A stretch of 64,000 nucleotides of DNA. Source: a bacterium (lineage in GTDB: Bacteria; Zhuqueibacterota; Zhuqueibacteria; Residuimicrobiales; Krinioviventaceae). Numbering within the stretch: position 1 is the stretch's first letter; each line of letters opens with the position of its first letter. The DNA lies in the NCBI GenBank assembly GCA_963675755.2, contig CAXXMD010000002.1, positions 1,440,001-1,504,000 of the forward strand, read 5' to 3'. Of this stretch, positions 10,200-19,378 are shown piece by piece. Position numbers and translations under genes: made by a program. Under the pieces are notes generated by a model. That model was given only the letters and a program-made list of their open reading frames with translations. It searched no databases and had not been told where the DNA came from.

Positions 10200-11492
10200 T
10201 CATTTAGGTTCCAGACAACGGTCCATACGGGCCGCAAAATCATCGAGAAATGCCTTGCGCCATTGATTTACTGTGACAGCTCCGTAATGTGCACCCTCTT
10301 TAAATTCAGGCTCAAGTTTATCAGTCCACCAGTGCGAATGAGTCACTGCTTTTTCATATTTGGGCAAACTATTTTCTTCAACAGCAGTAAACACTCCTTT
10401 ACCGCCATCCAGTTCAGCAATATCACTCTTTATTACATACTTCCATTCTCCCACGGCTTTGGGTGCAAACCGCAGGATATATTTGCCATTACTGTAATAA
10501 TAACCCTGAAAATCCTGTTTTGCAATAGTAAAAGTAAATTGCGGTTCGTCATTCGCGGTACCTACATCCGGTCCATCCAAAACAATCTCAATGATACCAA
10601 ATACTTCTACTTTATCGTTTTTATTTGTATGTCCGTAAAAAACCGATTTGGGACGATAAACGGTATTGGCATAACTCCCTCCCCAGCTTTCTGCAGTGGG
10701 ATCATCAGAATTTCCATGAAGCAGCCATGCAACACTAGGTGTATCACCCATCTTGATGCTGCCGCCATAATACTTGCCAAAAGCGGTACCCAAAGCGCCA
10801 TGACCGTCAATATTTTGTTTAAAAAACTCTAAATTATCATAGCTTCCATCCATTTTACCGCCGTTGAACCAGCCACGATACGTGGAATTGCTTTCAATCA
10901 TCCATAAATCGGGAAAATTCTCTTCAATATAATTGTACGCATCCGCTCCCCATTTTTTATTGGGACCACCGATATAATAGATACGGATCTTTTCCTGAAT
11001 GCTCGGGTCATCGTGCAATGCCTGCGCAACATCTTCCAACAGACCCCATACCAATATGTTCAGGGGACGTGGATCGTCCTTGTGCGCACATTTAATGATC
11101 CAGTCCGAGCCTTCTGTAGCGTCCCGGTAACCTTTGCCGGGTGCGCGATCAACTGCGCCCTGTTTGCACAAAGCACGTAACGCATCAGGAGCAGGATATT
11201 TATCTGACCATGTTTTCAAATTAGCATAGTCATTTTCATATAATTTTATAATATCAAAAATATCTTTTTTTGTGCCTGCTCCCCAGGGAGAAGCAATCAA
11301 TCCTTCGGTATCAAACACATCTGCATAGAGCAGATAATGGATCATGGATTGAAAATCATCAGGATCGCTGCCGCCAATATCACTGCAAACAATTACCCGA
11401 TATCGCTCACCAGTTAACGCTCCGCTTTGAGATTGTGAAAACCCCAGAACAGGCAAAAAAAATATCGTCACTATTAAAATTATTCTTTTCAC
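10200..11492 (-). CDS. DUF1593 (nucleoside-hydrolase-like fold) secreted protein with a DUF5060-like insert
   Basis: RYRVIVCSDIGGSDPDDFQSMIHYLLYADVFDTEGLIASPWG, DDPRPLNILVWG, KMGDTPS, SWGG and C-terminal DFAARMDRC; signal peptide. Confidence 0.75.
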   Translation of the reverse strand: MKRIILIVTIFFLPVLGFSQSQSGALTGERYRVIVCSDIGGSDPDDFQSMIHYLLYADVFDTEGLIASPWGAGTKKDIFDIIKLYENDYANLKTWSDKYPAPDALRALCKQGAVDRAPGKGYRDATEGSDWIIKCAHKDDPRPLNILVWGLLEDVAQALHDDPSIQEKIRIYYIGGPNKKWGADAYNYIEENFPDLWMIESNSTYRGWFNGGKMDGSYDNLEFFKQNIDGHGALGTAFGKYYGGSIKMGDTPSVAWLLHGNSDDPTAESWGGSYANTVYRPKSVFYGHTNKNDKVEVFGIIEIVLDGPDVGTANDEPQFTFTIAKQDFQGYYYSNGKYILRFAPKAVGEWKYVIKSDIAELDGGKGVFTAVEENSLPKYEKAVTHSHWWTDKLEPEFKEGAHYGAVTVNQWRKAFLDDFAARMDRCLEPK

Positions 11493-11600
11493 GGATTTGT
11501 CTCCTTATTCAAGTCCATACATGTACAAGACAAAATAAATAATAATAATTAAAGAATAATTAAAACCACTTTTCAGGCCAAGCAAACACATTCCTTTATA

Positions 11601-13280
11601 TTATCTTTTTAAAATAGCTGTGGGCCTGGCTCCATTTTCAAAAACAATCTGATTTTTCTCTAATTCAAAATTTAGTATCTCAATATCTTTGGTTTTGTTT
11701 CCAACCAATTTGATAAAAACATTGTCATTATTCACAACTTTGGGTGCATCAATGGATACATTTATGCTGTTAGCCACTGTCAAAGCAGGACCGGTTATAG
11801 GTTCAATACATACATTCTTTAACTGGATTCCATCCGCGTCTACGCACATTAAACCTTTATCCGCAGAAATATTTACATTATCAAGGTGTATGCCCCGTAT
11901 TGGCATTTCCGGCAAACCCTGCAGTAACACGGCACGGCCCGCGCCACGACAAGTAACATCACTTAGCCAGATATTACGGAATTGCGGAGTCTCGTCTGAA
12001 ACGGGTACAGCAGGTGAGTCCTCATTACCACCGGTAATATCTTCGGGTGCATTATTGTTATAATACATATTGAAACGGATTGCATCGGTTGGAATGTTGA
12101 TCATGTCAATATGATTGCACCAAATGTTTTCAACAACGCCCCCTCTTCCGCGGGTACTTTTAAAGCGCAAACCCACATCTGTTCCAATAAATGTACAATC
12201 AGAAATATAAATATCTTTAACGCCGCCAGACATCTCACTGCCAATGGTAAATCCGCCATGTCCATGATAGACAATACAATTGGTAATGATCATTTTTTCA
12301 CTGGCTATACCGCGATCACGTCCGGCTTTATCCTTACCGGATTTTAAACAGATTGCGTCGTCTCCAACATCAAAGCTGGAATTATAAAGATATACATTTT
12401 TACAGGATTCGAGATCAAGTCCGTCACCATTTTGCGAGAACCATGGATTACGAACAGTTATATTGCGAATCGTAATATTTTCACACACCATGGGATGGAT
12501 GTTCCAACCGGGAGAATTCTGAAAAACCGGGCCATCCAGCAACAAATTCTTACAATTGATAAAACTAACCATTACCGGACGAAGATACTGTTTTGCTTCA
12601 GCAAAAGCTTCCAAAGGCGCATTGGGATCAGCTGCGAGCTTTCGCACAACATCTCTTCCGTCACGGGCTGCTTTTGTAGGCCACCACTGTTCTCCCGAGG
12701 GCTCCAGTGCGCCACCCGATTCCAATAATTCGTTCCAACGGTTTTCTGTCATTTTCATCTTTTTAACCGGCCGCCAGGCTTGTCCGTTTCCATCAAACAC
12801 ACCTTGTCCGGTTATGGCGATATTTTCCAGATCAACTGCCATTATGGGAGATGTACATCGGACAACACGTCCTCCCTGATAAGGACGTTCCAATAATGGA
12901 TAATCCTCAAATTCGGGACTGAATAAAACGAGCGCGCCATCCTCTACATGTAGATTGATATTGCTCAAAAGATGAATGGGACCGGTCAGCCAAATACCTC
13001 TCGGTATAATGACGGTTCCCCCACCTTGTTCAGCACAGGCCTTGATGGCAGAGTTGATTGCTGTTGTGTTTATTACTTTGCCGCCGGGTACAGCATTAAA
13101 ATCAAGAATATTGACCTGTCTGTCAGGAAACTGCGGAGCTTGAAATGAATCCATATCAAACGGGGGGTCAATTGCTTGAATTGGATTTTCCGCCAAACCT
13201 TGCATAGTGAATAACAATGTAATGAGCATAACCAAACACAAAAAATATTGTTTCTTTATAACAGTCATCTGGTTTTTCAT
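11601..13280 (-). CDS. GH28 polygalacturonase-family enzyme
   Basis: NGDGLD, GDDAICLKSG, GHGG..IGSEMSGG and RFKS catalytic motifs. Confidence 0.92.
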   Translation of the reverse strand: MKNQMTVIKKQYFLCLVMLITLLFTMQGLAENPIQAIDPPFDMDSFQAPQFPDRQVNILDFNAVPGGKVINTTAINSAIKACAEQGGGTVIIPRGIWLTGPIHLLSNINLHVEDGALVLFSPEFEDYPLLERPYQGGRVVRCTSPIMAVDLENIAITGQGVFDGNGQAWRPVKKMKMTENRWNELLESGGALEPSGEQWWPTKAARDGRDVVRKLAADPNAPLEAFAEAKQYLRPVMVSFINCKNLLLDGPVFQNSPGWNIHPMVCENITIRNITVRNPWFSQNGDGLDLESCKNVYLYNSSFDVGDDAICLKSGKDKAGRDRGIASEKMIITNCIVYHGHGGFTIGSEMSGGVKDIYISDCTFIGTDVGLRFKSTRGRGGVVENIWCNHIDMINIPTDAIRFNMYYNNNAPEDITGGNEDSPAVPVSDETPQFRNIWLSDVTCRGAGRAVLLQGLPEMPIRGIHLDNVNISADKGLMCVDADGIQLKNVCIEPITGPALTVANSINVSIDAPKVVNNDNVFIKLVGNKTKDIEILNFELEKNQIVFENGARPTAILKR

Positions 13281-13294
13281 ATCAATGTCTCCTG

Positions 13295-14896
13295 TTATTG
13301 CTCTGATAAAGCATCTGCTTTAACATCAGACGCAATCTCAACCGGATTTTCAGTATATCTAAAATTATTACTACCCAGGGTTATATCCCGGGTATTTTCA
13401 CCGGATAACTTTAAATAGGTCTCTGTTCCCGGTAGTGTAGAATTCCCATAAAAATAAGCATTTTTCACATCACTCAACTCTATGACCGGTGTATCCTTGT
13501 GCGGTGTAAGTGTTTTGACGCCATTTATTTCTAAATTCTCTGTTTGCTCGGCAAATATAGCGGGACCATTCTCTGTATTTACCTGTACATGATGGAATTC
13601 AATATCCTGCGCGTCTTTGATGGTAAAACCAACTTCCGCATCGATATTGATATCATTAAAGGTAACACCCTGAATGGGCATTTCTTTCAGACCCAGTAAA
13701 TATCCGGCCTGCTTGGCTTGAGCTGTGATATTGCTGAAATGCATATTTCTGAAAATGGGTGTACGTTCCGTAACCGGTTCATCCGGGGTTTCGTGGTAAA
13801 ACATGTTTAGTTTGATCGCTTCCATGCGGATATTTTTCATAATCACATTACTTACACGAATATCTTCAACCGTGCCGCCGCGTCCGCGCATGGATTTGAT
13901 ACGAATGCCCCTGTCTGTTCCGTCAAACACACAGTTGGATATGGTGATCTTTTTAACTCCACCCGACATTTCACTGCCAATCACCACACCGCCATGCCCT
14001 GAAAGCATGGTACAGTTGGTTATGGTATAATCTTCAGCTGGAACGCCTTTTAAACGCCCCGGTTCGTCGCGACCGGATTTGATAGTAATGCAATCATCAC
14101 CCACACTGATATGACAATTTGAAATATGCACATATTTGCAGGATGATGGATTGATTCCGTCTGTATTGGGAGATATGGGATTATTGATGGTCACACCTGT
14201 TACCGTTATATTTTCGCAAAATTCAGGATTAATGGTCCAAAAAGGTGAATTGGTAATGGTAATACCTTCAATCAGAATATTTTTGCAATATATAGGCTGT
14301 ATGAACGGAGGCCGCATAAATCCACGGTCCAGGCCTTCAGATGCATCCGGTTTTACAATATCTTTATTCAATTCTACAAACATGTTTTGCCATTTACTGC
14401 GCGATTTTGGACCATCCTTGACATATTTTTTATTTGCTTCATACATGAATGCCCACCACTTTTGTCCCTGACCGTCAATAGTACCGCGTCCTCGTATCGC
14501 AATATTTTCAACCTTGTACCCATAAAACAAGGGTGAAAAATTGGTCACATCAATCCCCTCCCAACGGGATTCCACCATGGGCAGGTAATCATCAAAATCT
14601 TCACTAAATTTCAGTACAGCGCCGGCGTCAATATAAATCGTAATATTGCTTTTAAAATGAATGGGGCCGGTCAGGTACACACCAGCTGGGAAATAAATGG
14701 TACCGCCGCCAACCTTAGAAGCATCATTAATCGCTTGTTTTACCAGCTCGGTAATCTTGGCAGAGCCGTCATTGGCTGCACCATAATCCAGTATATTATA
14801 AAATGTAGAATGTTCGGCACTTATTGCCAGAGTTGAAAAATATAGTATAATAACAAACAAAATCTTTTTCATTGTATCTCCGAAATCAGTATTCAT
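13295..14896 (-). CDS. GH28 polygalacturonase-family enzyme
   Basis: NTDGINP, GDDCITIKSG, GHGGVVIGSEMSGG and RIKS motifs; the true start is probably MKKILF at 14872. Confidence 0.92.
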   Translation of the reverse strand: MNTDFGDTMKKILFVIILYFSTLAISAEHSTFYNILDYGAANDGSAKITELVKQAINDASKVGGGTIYFPAGVYLTGPIHFKSNITIYIDAGAVLKFSEDFDDYLPMVESRWEGIDVTNFSPLFYGYKVENIAIRGRGTIDGQGQKWWAFMYEANKKYVKDGPKSRSKWQNMFVELNKDIVKPDASEGLDRGFMRPPFIQPIYCKNILIEGITITNSPFWTINPEFCENITVTGVTINNPISPNTDGINPSSCKYVHISNCHISVGDDCITIKSGRDEPGRLKGVPAEDYTITNCTMLSGHGGVVIGSEMSGGVKKITISNCVFDGTDRGIRIKSMRGRGGTVEDIRVSNVIMKNIRMEAIKLNMFYHETPDEPVTERTPIFRNMHFSNITAQAKQAGYLLGLKEMPIQGVTFNDINIDAEVGFTIKDAQDIEFHHVQVNTENGPAIFAEQTENLEINGVKTLTPHKDTPVIELSDVKNAYFYGNSTLPGTETYLKLSGENTRDITLGSNNFRYTENPVEIASDVKADALSEQ

Positions 14897-14904
14897 AATT
14901 CAAA

Positions 14905-17028
14905 TCAAGGAAGTGGATTAATTCCTTCCCATTTCACTTTCCAACTCCCATCCTGAGGAAACCCGGGTGCGTTTATATCCGGAGCATCATCCCATCCTGC
15001 TGCCATTAACGCAGTTGCAGAAAGTAATGAACAGTTTACCGGCAGGTATGCAGGACAGTTTTTCGGTTCTTTTGGCCGTCTTACATGTCCATTGGGTAAA
15101 TAACGGGCTCGTTCATGGGTGTTGCATAAAATATCAACCGCTACTTCTGTTTCGCCCAGCCTCGCCGCGGTCATGGCCATTTTGCCGGATGTCCAGCTTA
15201 CAAAAGCATCAATTCCCTGTATCTCTTTGAGCTTGTCAAATGTATTTTTCATTATGGTTTCATCTACACGCTCTGTCCTGGGTAAAAATCCCATTGCCAT
15301 TACCATGGATGAAGATAATCCTTTACGGTTGTCTTTAAATATATCGGGATTGGTTTCAATATCCAGATACAAACTATCCTGAATGGGAAGCAGAGACAAT
15401 TTATTATAAACATCATCCCAAAGGGGATCAGCCTCCAGGCCCAAACGTTCACGCCATTGTCTGGCAACAGACAATCCGTAATACCAATAAGCCAGTTCAA
15501 ATGTCGGGTTCTTTGTATTATTTTCACCATGATCTTCTGAAACGCTTTTGATCGGGGGACCCAGGGTATATCGTTTTTCATTTTCATTGTAAAACGCATA
15601 GGTTGCCAGATAATCAGCAGATTCAAAAACCAGATCTTTGTATTTTTCCAATGTTTCTTTATCCTGACGAACACGATAAATCAGTTCAGACAAATATATT
15701 ACATTCGGCTGATTCCATATGATAAAGGGATTGATATTTCCGGGACTGGGTTGTCCATGCGGACCGGTCATTTTGGGCCAGCGTGCGCCCTTGATCCCCT
15801 GCTTTTCAGCAAGATCTTTGGCAACAGGTAAAATGGACTGGTACCAGGCTAAACTTTTTTCAACCACATCAATATGGCCCCACTGGATAAAATGGGCCAT
15901 GTGCCACCAATACATTTCTGTATTGTGCTTACCATACCAGCTAATATGTGTCAAACCGGTTTCCTGTGGCGGAAAGGTACTGGCATAATTGACCCGTAAC
16001 AGATATTGTGACAAAACAATGCGGCGCTCCAATTCATTAGCCCGAGGATCGGTACTTTCAGAAAGATCAATTGCACCACCGGTTGTCCAATATTCTTGCC
16101 AGTCATTTGCACTGGCGTCTAGGGTTTCTTTAAATTCAGATAAAGATGCTGTTTGCTCATCAGCAGTAAAATCACAATAAAATTCCAGCACATCACCATC
16201 AGAAGGAATTGAAAACCGGTGTTTACTCTCGGTTATCAGAGATTTTTCATTGTTCCATTTTAAACGCGCGTAATAGACATCATCATCCAGAATGCGTTTG
16301 AATTGAACACCATCTGACAGCTCAATAACCTTTGTAGAATGTAACTCGGGATGGGCCCAGTCAATAGGTGGCTTGTTTTTCACATTCTGGTCATAATCAA
16401 ACGGAAAGTGTATAAAAGGAGTCAATTTGCCTTTTGCCAAAAATGGAGATTCAATCCGTACTGCTATCATGTCCCTGTCCGGGTGACAAACCGTCTCAAC
16501 AGTAACTGAGGCGCCTTCCAGCTCAAAATGACTGGTAATGCAGCCGGTCCACAAATCCAAGGTTTGATCGATTGCTTTCAGGTCCGTATAGGTTGCAATA
16601 CTGCCATCCGCCTTTTCAAGCTCCATACCAATACGTCCCATGGGAATACGGTGTGGATTTTTTCGAAAATATTCTCCTGCCGGACTTTTTTCCTTTCGGG
16701 CATATTGCAGCATGCGGCCCTGAAATTCATAAGGTTCTGATGCATCTTTTAGGGTATAACCGTCGATATTGGGAGTTGTATGCCACGCCCAACTGGACAT
16801 GGTCTCAAGAGGAATACCATTATCATAATAATAGTCTGTAAAGGTCTGCAAACCGGTCACATCCACTGTAAATGCAAATTCTCCATTACCCACTGTCAAT
16901 GGAGCTAAAGGATCTACTTTTGTGATTTCCGGGTTATGACGATGAACAAGTGCATATCTGTCTATAGGTTTATTACAGGCTGCAATAAAGATTAACAGTA
17001 TGGCCAGAAATACTAGATTTTTTTTCAT
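14905..17028 (-). CDS. Six-hairpin (alpha/alpha)6 glycosidase-like lipoprotein (GH65/GH95-like, unclassified)
   Basis: Lipobox IAAC; IDRYALVHRHNP...LTVGNGEFAFTVDVTGLQT, ELERRIVLSQYL, PPQETGL..SWYGK, GARWPKM, NPTFELAYW. Confidence 0.6.
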   Translation of the reverse strand: MKKNLVFLAILLIFIAACNKPIDRYALVHRHNPEITKVDPLAPLTVGNGEFAFTVDVTGLQTFTDYYYDNGIPLETMSSWAWHTTPNIDGYTLKDASEPYEFQGRMLQYARKEKSPAGEYFRKNPHRIPMGRIGMELEKADGSIATYTDLKAIDQTLDLWTGCITSHFELEGASVTVETVCHPDRDMIAVRIESPFLAKGKLTPFIHFPFDYDQNVKNKPPIDWAHPELHSTKVIELSDGVQFKRILDDDVYYARLKWNNEKSLITESKHRFSIPSDGDVLEFYCDFTADEQTASLSEFKETLDASANDWQEYWTTGGAIDLSESTDPRANELERRIVLSQYLLRVNYASTFPPQETGLTHISWYGKHNTEMYWWHMAHFIQWGHIDVVEKSLAWYQSILPVAKDLAEKQGIKGARWPKMTGPHGQPSPGNINPFIIWNQPNVIYLSELIYRVRQDKETLEKYKDLVFESADYLATYAFYNENEKRYTLGPPIKSVSEDHGENNTKNPTFELAYWYYGLSVARQWRERLGLEADPLWDDVYNKLSLLPIQDSLYLDIETNPDIFKDNRKGLSSSMVMAMGFLPRTERVDETIMKNTFDKLKEIQGIDAFVSWTSGKMAMTAARLGETEVAVDILCNTHERARYLPNGHVRRPKEPKNCPAYLPVNCSLLSATALMAAGWDDAPDINAPGFPQDGSWKVKWEGINPLP

Positions 17029-17056
17029 AATCGACCTTGTAAAATCAGGGTGAGAT

Positions 17057-18073
17057 TCAATTTCGGTTTAACAGATTTTCAACAATTTTGGGATCAACAC
17101 TAAATACATGACCATGCTTGGCTCCTTTCGGAAAATTCAACTTTTCCGAAATATCCTGCCAGTTTTTCAAATCTGTTGATACAACTGCACCGTAATAGGG
17201 TTGGCTTCCGTGATGATCATAATATACAAAAACGGAATCACTTTTTTGTATGGCACAAGGACCTTCATTTTGCCATTTTCCGGATCCGGGTCCGTTACCT
17301 GTAATGGTCTCAGAAATATTGGTATAGGATCCGTAGGGGCTGTTGCTCTCTGCCATGCGGATATTCTGGTAACCGGGATGATATTCCACAGCATCATTAC
17401 CGCGTTCATCTTTGAAAAACAGACAATATTTGTCATTGGTTTTAAGAATAAATGCATCAATGCAGCTATGATAGGGATTAAATAGCACCTGCGGTTCTGA
17501 AAAGGATTGAAAATCGCGGGTTGTAACATACCAGATTCTATGATTTCGTGTAGTAGTGGGATCATCATCCCGGGGAAAGGTATTGTCAGACAAGGTTGTA
17601 GACCAGTAAACAATCCATTGCGATTCCTGGTTATCAAAAAACAATTTGGGAGCCCAGCAATTTTCAGCCGGTTTGTCTTTCATAACCGGGATCAATTTCT
17701 CATCCGTCCAGTGAATCAAGTCTGTTGAATGAGCATATCCAATATCTTTACGGTCCCAACCGCTAGTCCAAATGAGATGAAAACCAGCATTTTGAGGATC
17801 CGGAGCGACAAATGCATCCCGCATGATTTTAAAAGAATGGTCTTGATTTTTAAATTCGGTGCCAACGGAAGGTTCAAATATTACACCCGGTACTTTTTGC
17901 CAATTGTACAAATCCTTGCTATATTCAAACTTTAATCCACCTATACCGTTAGGTTCTCTAAAATTAGAATGTAAATATACTTTTTCATCAGATGATGTAC
18001 TCGGGTTTTTGTTAACACAAGCAAGGGATAAAATAAACAAAACAACCAAAATCCGGATTAGAAAAACTTTCAT
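17057..18073 (-). CDS. GH43-like five-bladed propeller glycosidase (putative alpha-L-arabinofuranosidase), lipoprotein
   Basis: MRDAF, FHLIWT, IGYAHSTDLIHW, NCWAPKLF, CIDA, FFKDE, EGP, KHG; lipobox SLAC. The start is either 18073 or 18100. Confidence 0.8.
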   Translation of the reverse strand: MKVFLIRILVVLFILSLACVNKNPSTSSDEKVYLHSNFREPNGIGGLKFEYSKDLYNWQKVPGVIFEPSVGTEFKNQDHSFKIMRDAFVAPDPQNAGFHLIWTSGWDRKDIGYAHSTDLIHWTDEKLIPVMKDKPAENCWAPKLFFDNQESQWIVYWSTTLSDNTFPRDDDPTTTRNHRIWYVTTRDFQSFSEPQVLFNPYHSCIDAFILKTNDKYCLFFKDERGNDAVEYHPGYQNIRMAESNSPYGSYTNISETITGNGPGSGKWQNEGPCAIQKSDSVFVYYDHHGSQPYYGAVVSTDLKNWQDISEKLNFPKGAKHGHVFSVDPKIVENLLNRN

Positions 18074-18282
18074 TTCCTCAACCTCTTGAGAATAAAACAT
18101 TATTACAATTTTCCGGGAAATTCGAATATTATTTTACAATTGAATTGTCTTTTCTTTCAATATATCTCAAACTCGTATATGACAGATTCATCAAGTCAAG
18201 GGGCCTTAATATAATATATTCTTCATGATATGAAAAGCAACCGCAAAATAACATGATTTGTAAAACAATAGAAAATAGATAT

Positions 18283-18330
18283 AAAAAAGCGCCGGAATAA
18301 GCAGGCATAGTTCATTATTATTCCGGCGCC
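18283..18330 (-). terminator. Intrinsic terminator after the PorV-family gene
   Basis: Inverted repeat GCGCCGGAATAA...TTATTCCGGCGC followed on the minus strand by a U-tract. Confidence 0.75.
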
Positions 18331-18340
18331 GTGTTACGTA

Positions 18341-19354
18341 TTAATAAGCAATTTTAATAGAGAATCTGTTTACACTATCAAATACGTCAAATGCTGAATA
18401 AGAATAGCTGATATCAACTTTCTTTCCTGCTACTGAAGGACAAACTCCAAAACCAGCAGACAAGCCACCAAAGTCAAGATTTGACTGGTAACCACAACGT
18501 ACAGAAAGCATTTGCATCAGGGTATATTCTAAACCAACGTTTACACGTTCAGTATAGTTATTGGGATGAGAAAACTCTACAGCCAATGTCATTACATTGT
18601 CTTGACTGTGATCAGGAGCAACTACATCAAGAACATCAATTGCTGCACCTAAAGCAAAAGTCAGGGGCAGTTGAGCAGTAATTTCCTGGTATTTCACAGC
18701 AGTTGCAAAGTTACGAATGCTCATACCAAAACGAAAACTTTTGTAACCGGGATAATATTTCAAACCCAAATCAAAAGCAAGTTTGCCAGCTTCGTTATCA
18801 ACAGAACCGGTAGAAATTGTACTTTGACCCAACTGTTGTCTAACATAACGCATATTAGCACCAATCATAAACTTGGCACTAACGGCACGTGCATAAGAAA
18901 CACCCATAGCAAGTGCGCCAACATTATCCAGCAGACCATTATCAATATAACCAATATCATCTGATGATGCCTGAGAACTGGGCATCAGACTTGTACCATA
19001 AATATCACCATAATCAACAGACATAAAACTGACACCTACAACACCAATGGTATTCAGGTTCCATGAAGCTGCTGCTGCAATATATTGAATGTCCGCAATC
19101 CACTGAGTAGAAGTAAAAAAGGCATCCATTTTTGTATCAAGTTCTGCCAAACCGGCAGGATTGTAAAAAATTGCTTCCGATCCGGTACCAACACCGGTGT
19201 AGGCATCACCAAAGGAACTTGCTCTGGGTGATAAACTGACCTGCAGAAAGTTCATGGTGCTTTGTCCTACTTTCTTTAAACCGACTTGTGCCATAAGAGG
19301 GCTGGCCATAGAGCCGATTAAAAGAATAATTAGAAATATATAAAGACGTTTCAT
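18341..19354 (-). CDS. PorV/PorQ-family (UPF0164) outer-membrane beta-barrel
   Basis: KVGQSTMNFLQVSLSPRASSFGDAY, AIFYNPAGLA, DLGLKY, LPLTF; terminal beta-signal RFSIKIAY. Confidence 0.85.
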   Translation of the reverse strand: MKRLYIFLIILLIGSMASPLMAQVGLKKVGQSTMNFLQVSLSPRASSFGDAYTGVGTGSEAIFYNPAGLAELDTKMDAFFTSTQWIADIQYIAAAASWNLNTIGVVGVSFMSVDYGDIYGTSLMPSSQASSDDIGYIDNGLLDNVGALAMGVSYARAVSAKFMIGANMRYVRQQLGQSTISTGSVDNEAGKLAFDLGLKYYPGYKSFRFGMSIRNFATAVKYQEITAQLPLTFALGAAIDVLDVVAPDHSQDNVMTLAVEFSHPNNYTERVNVGLEYTLMQMLSVRCGYQSNLDFGGLSAGFGVCPSVAGKKVDISYSYSAFDVFDSVNRFSIKIAY

Positions 19355-19378
19355 AATAATATTTCTCCTATTAGTGAA

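Noticed and set aside
9491-10832. Long antisense ORFs (9491..10090, 10263..10832) and similar shadow ORFs across the window
   Set aside because: They lie opposite well-supported genes, lack recognisable motifs and are expected from codon bias.
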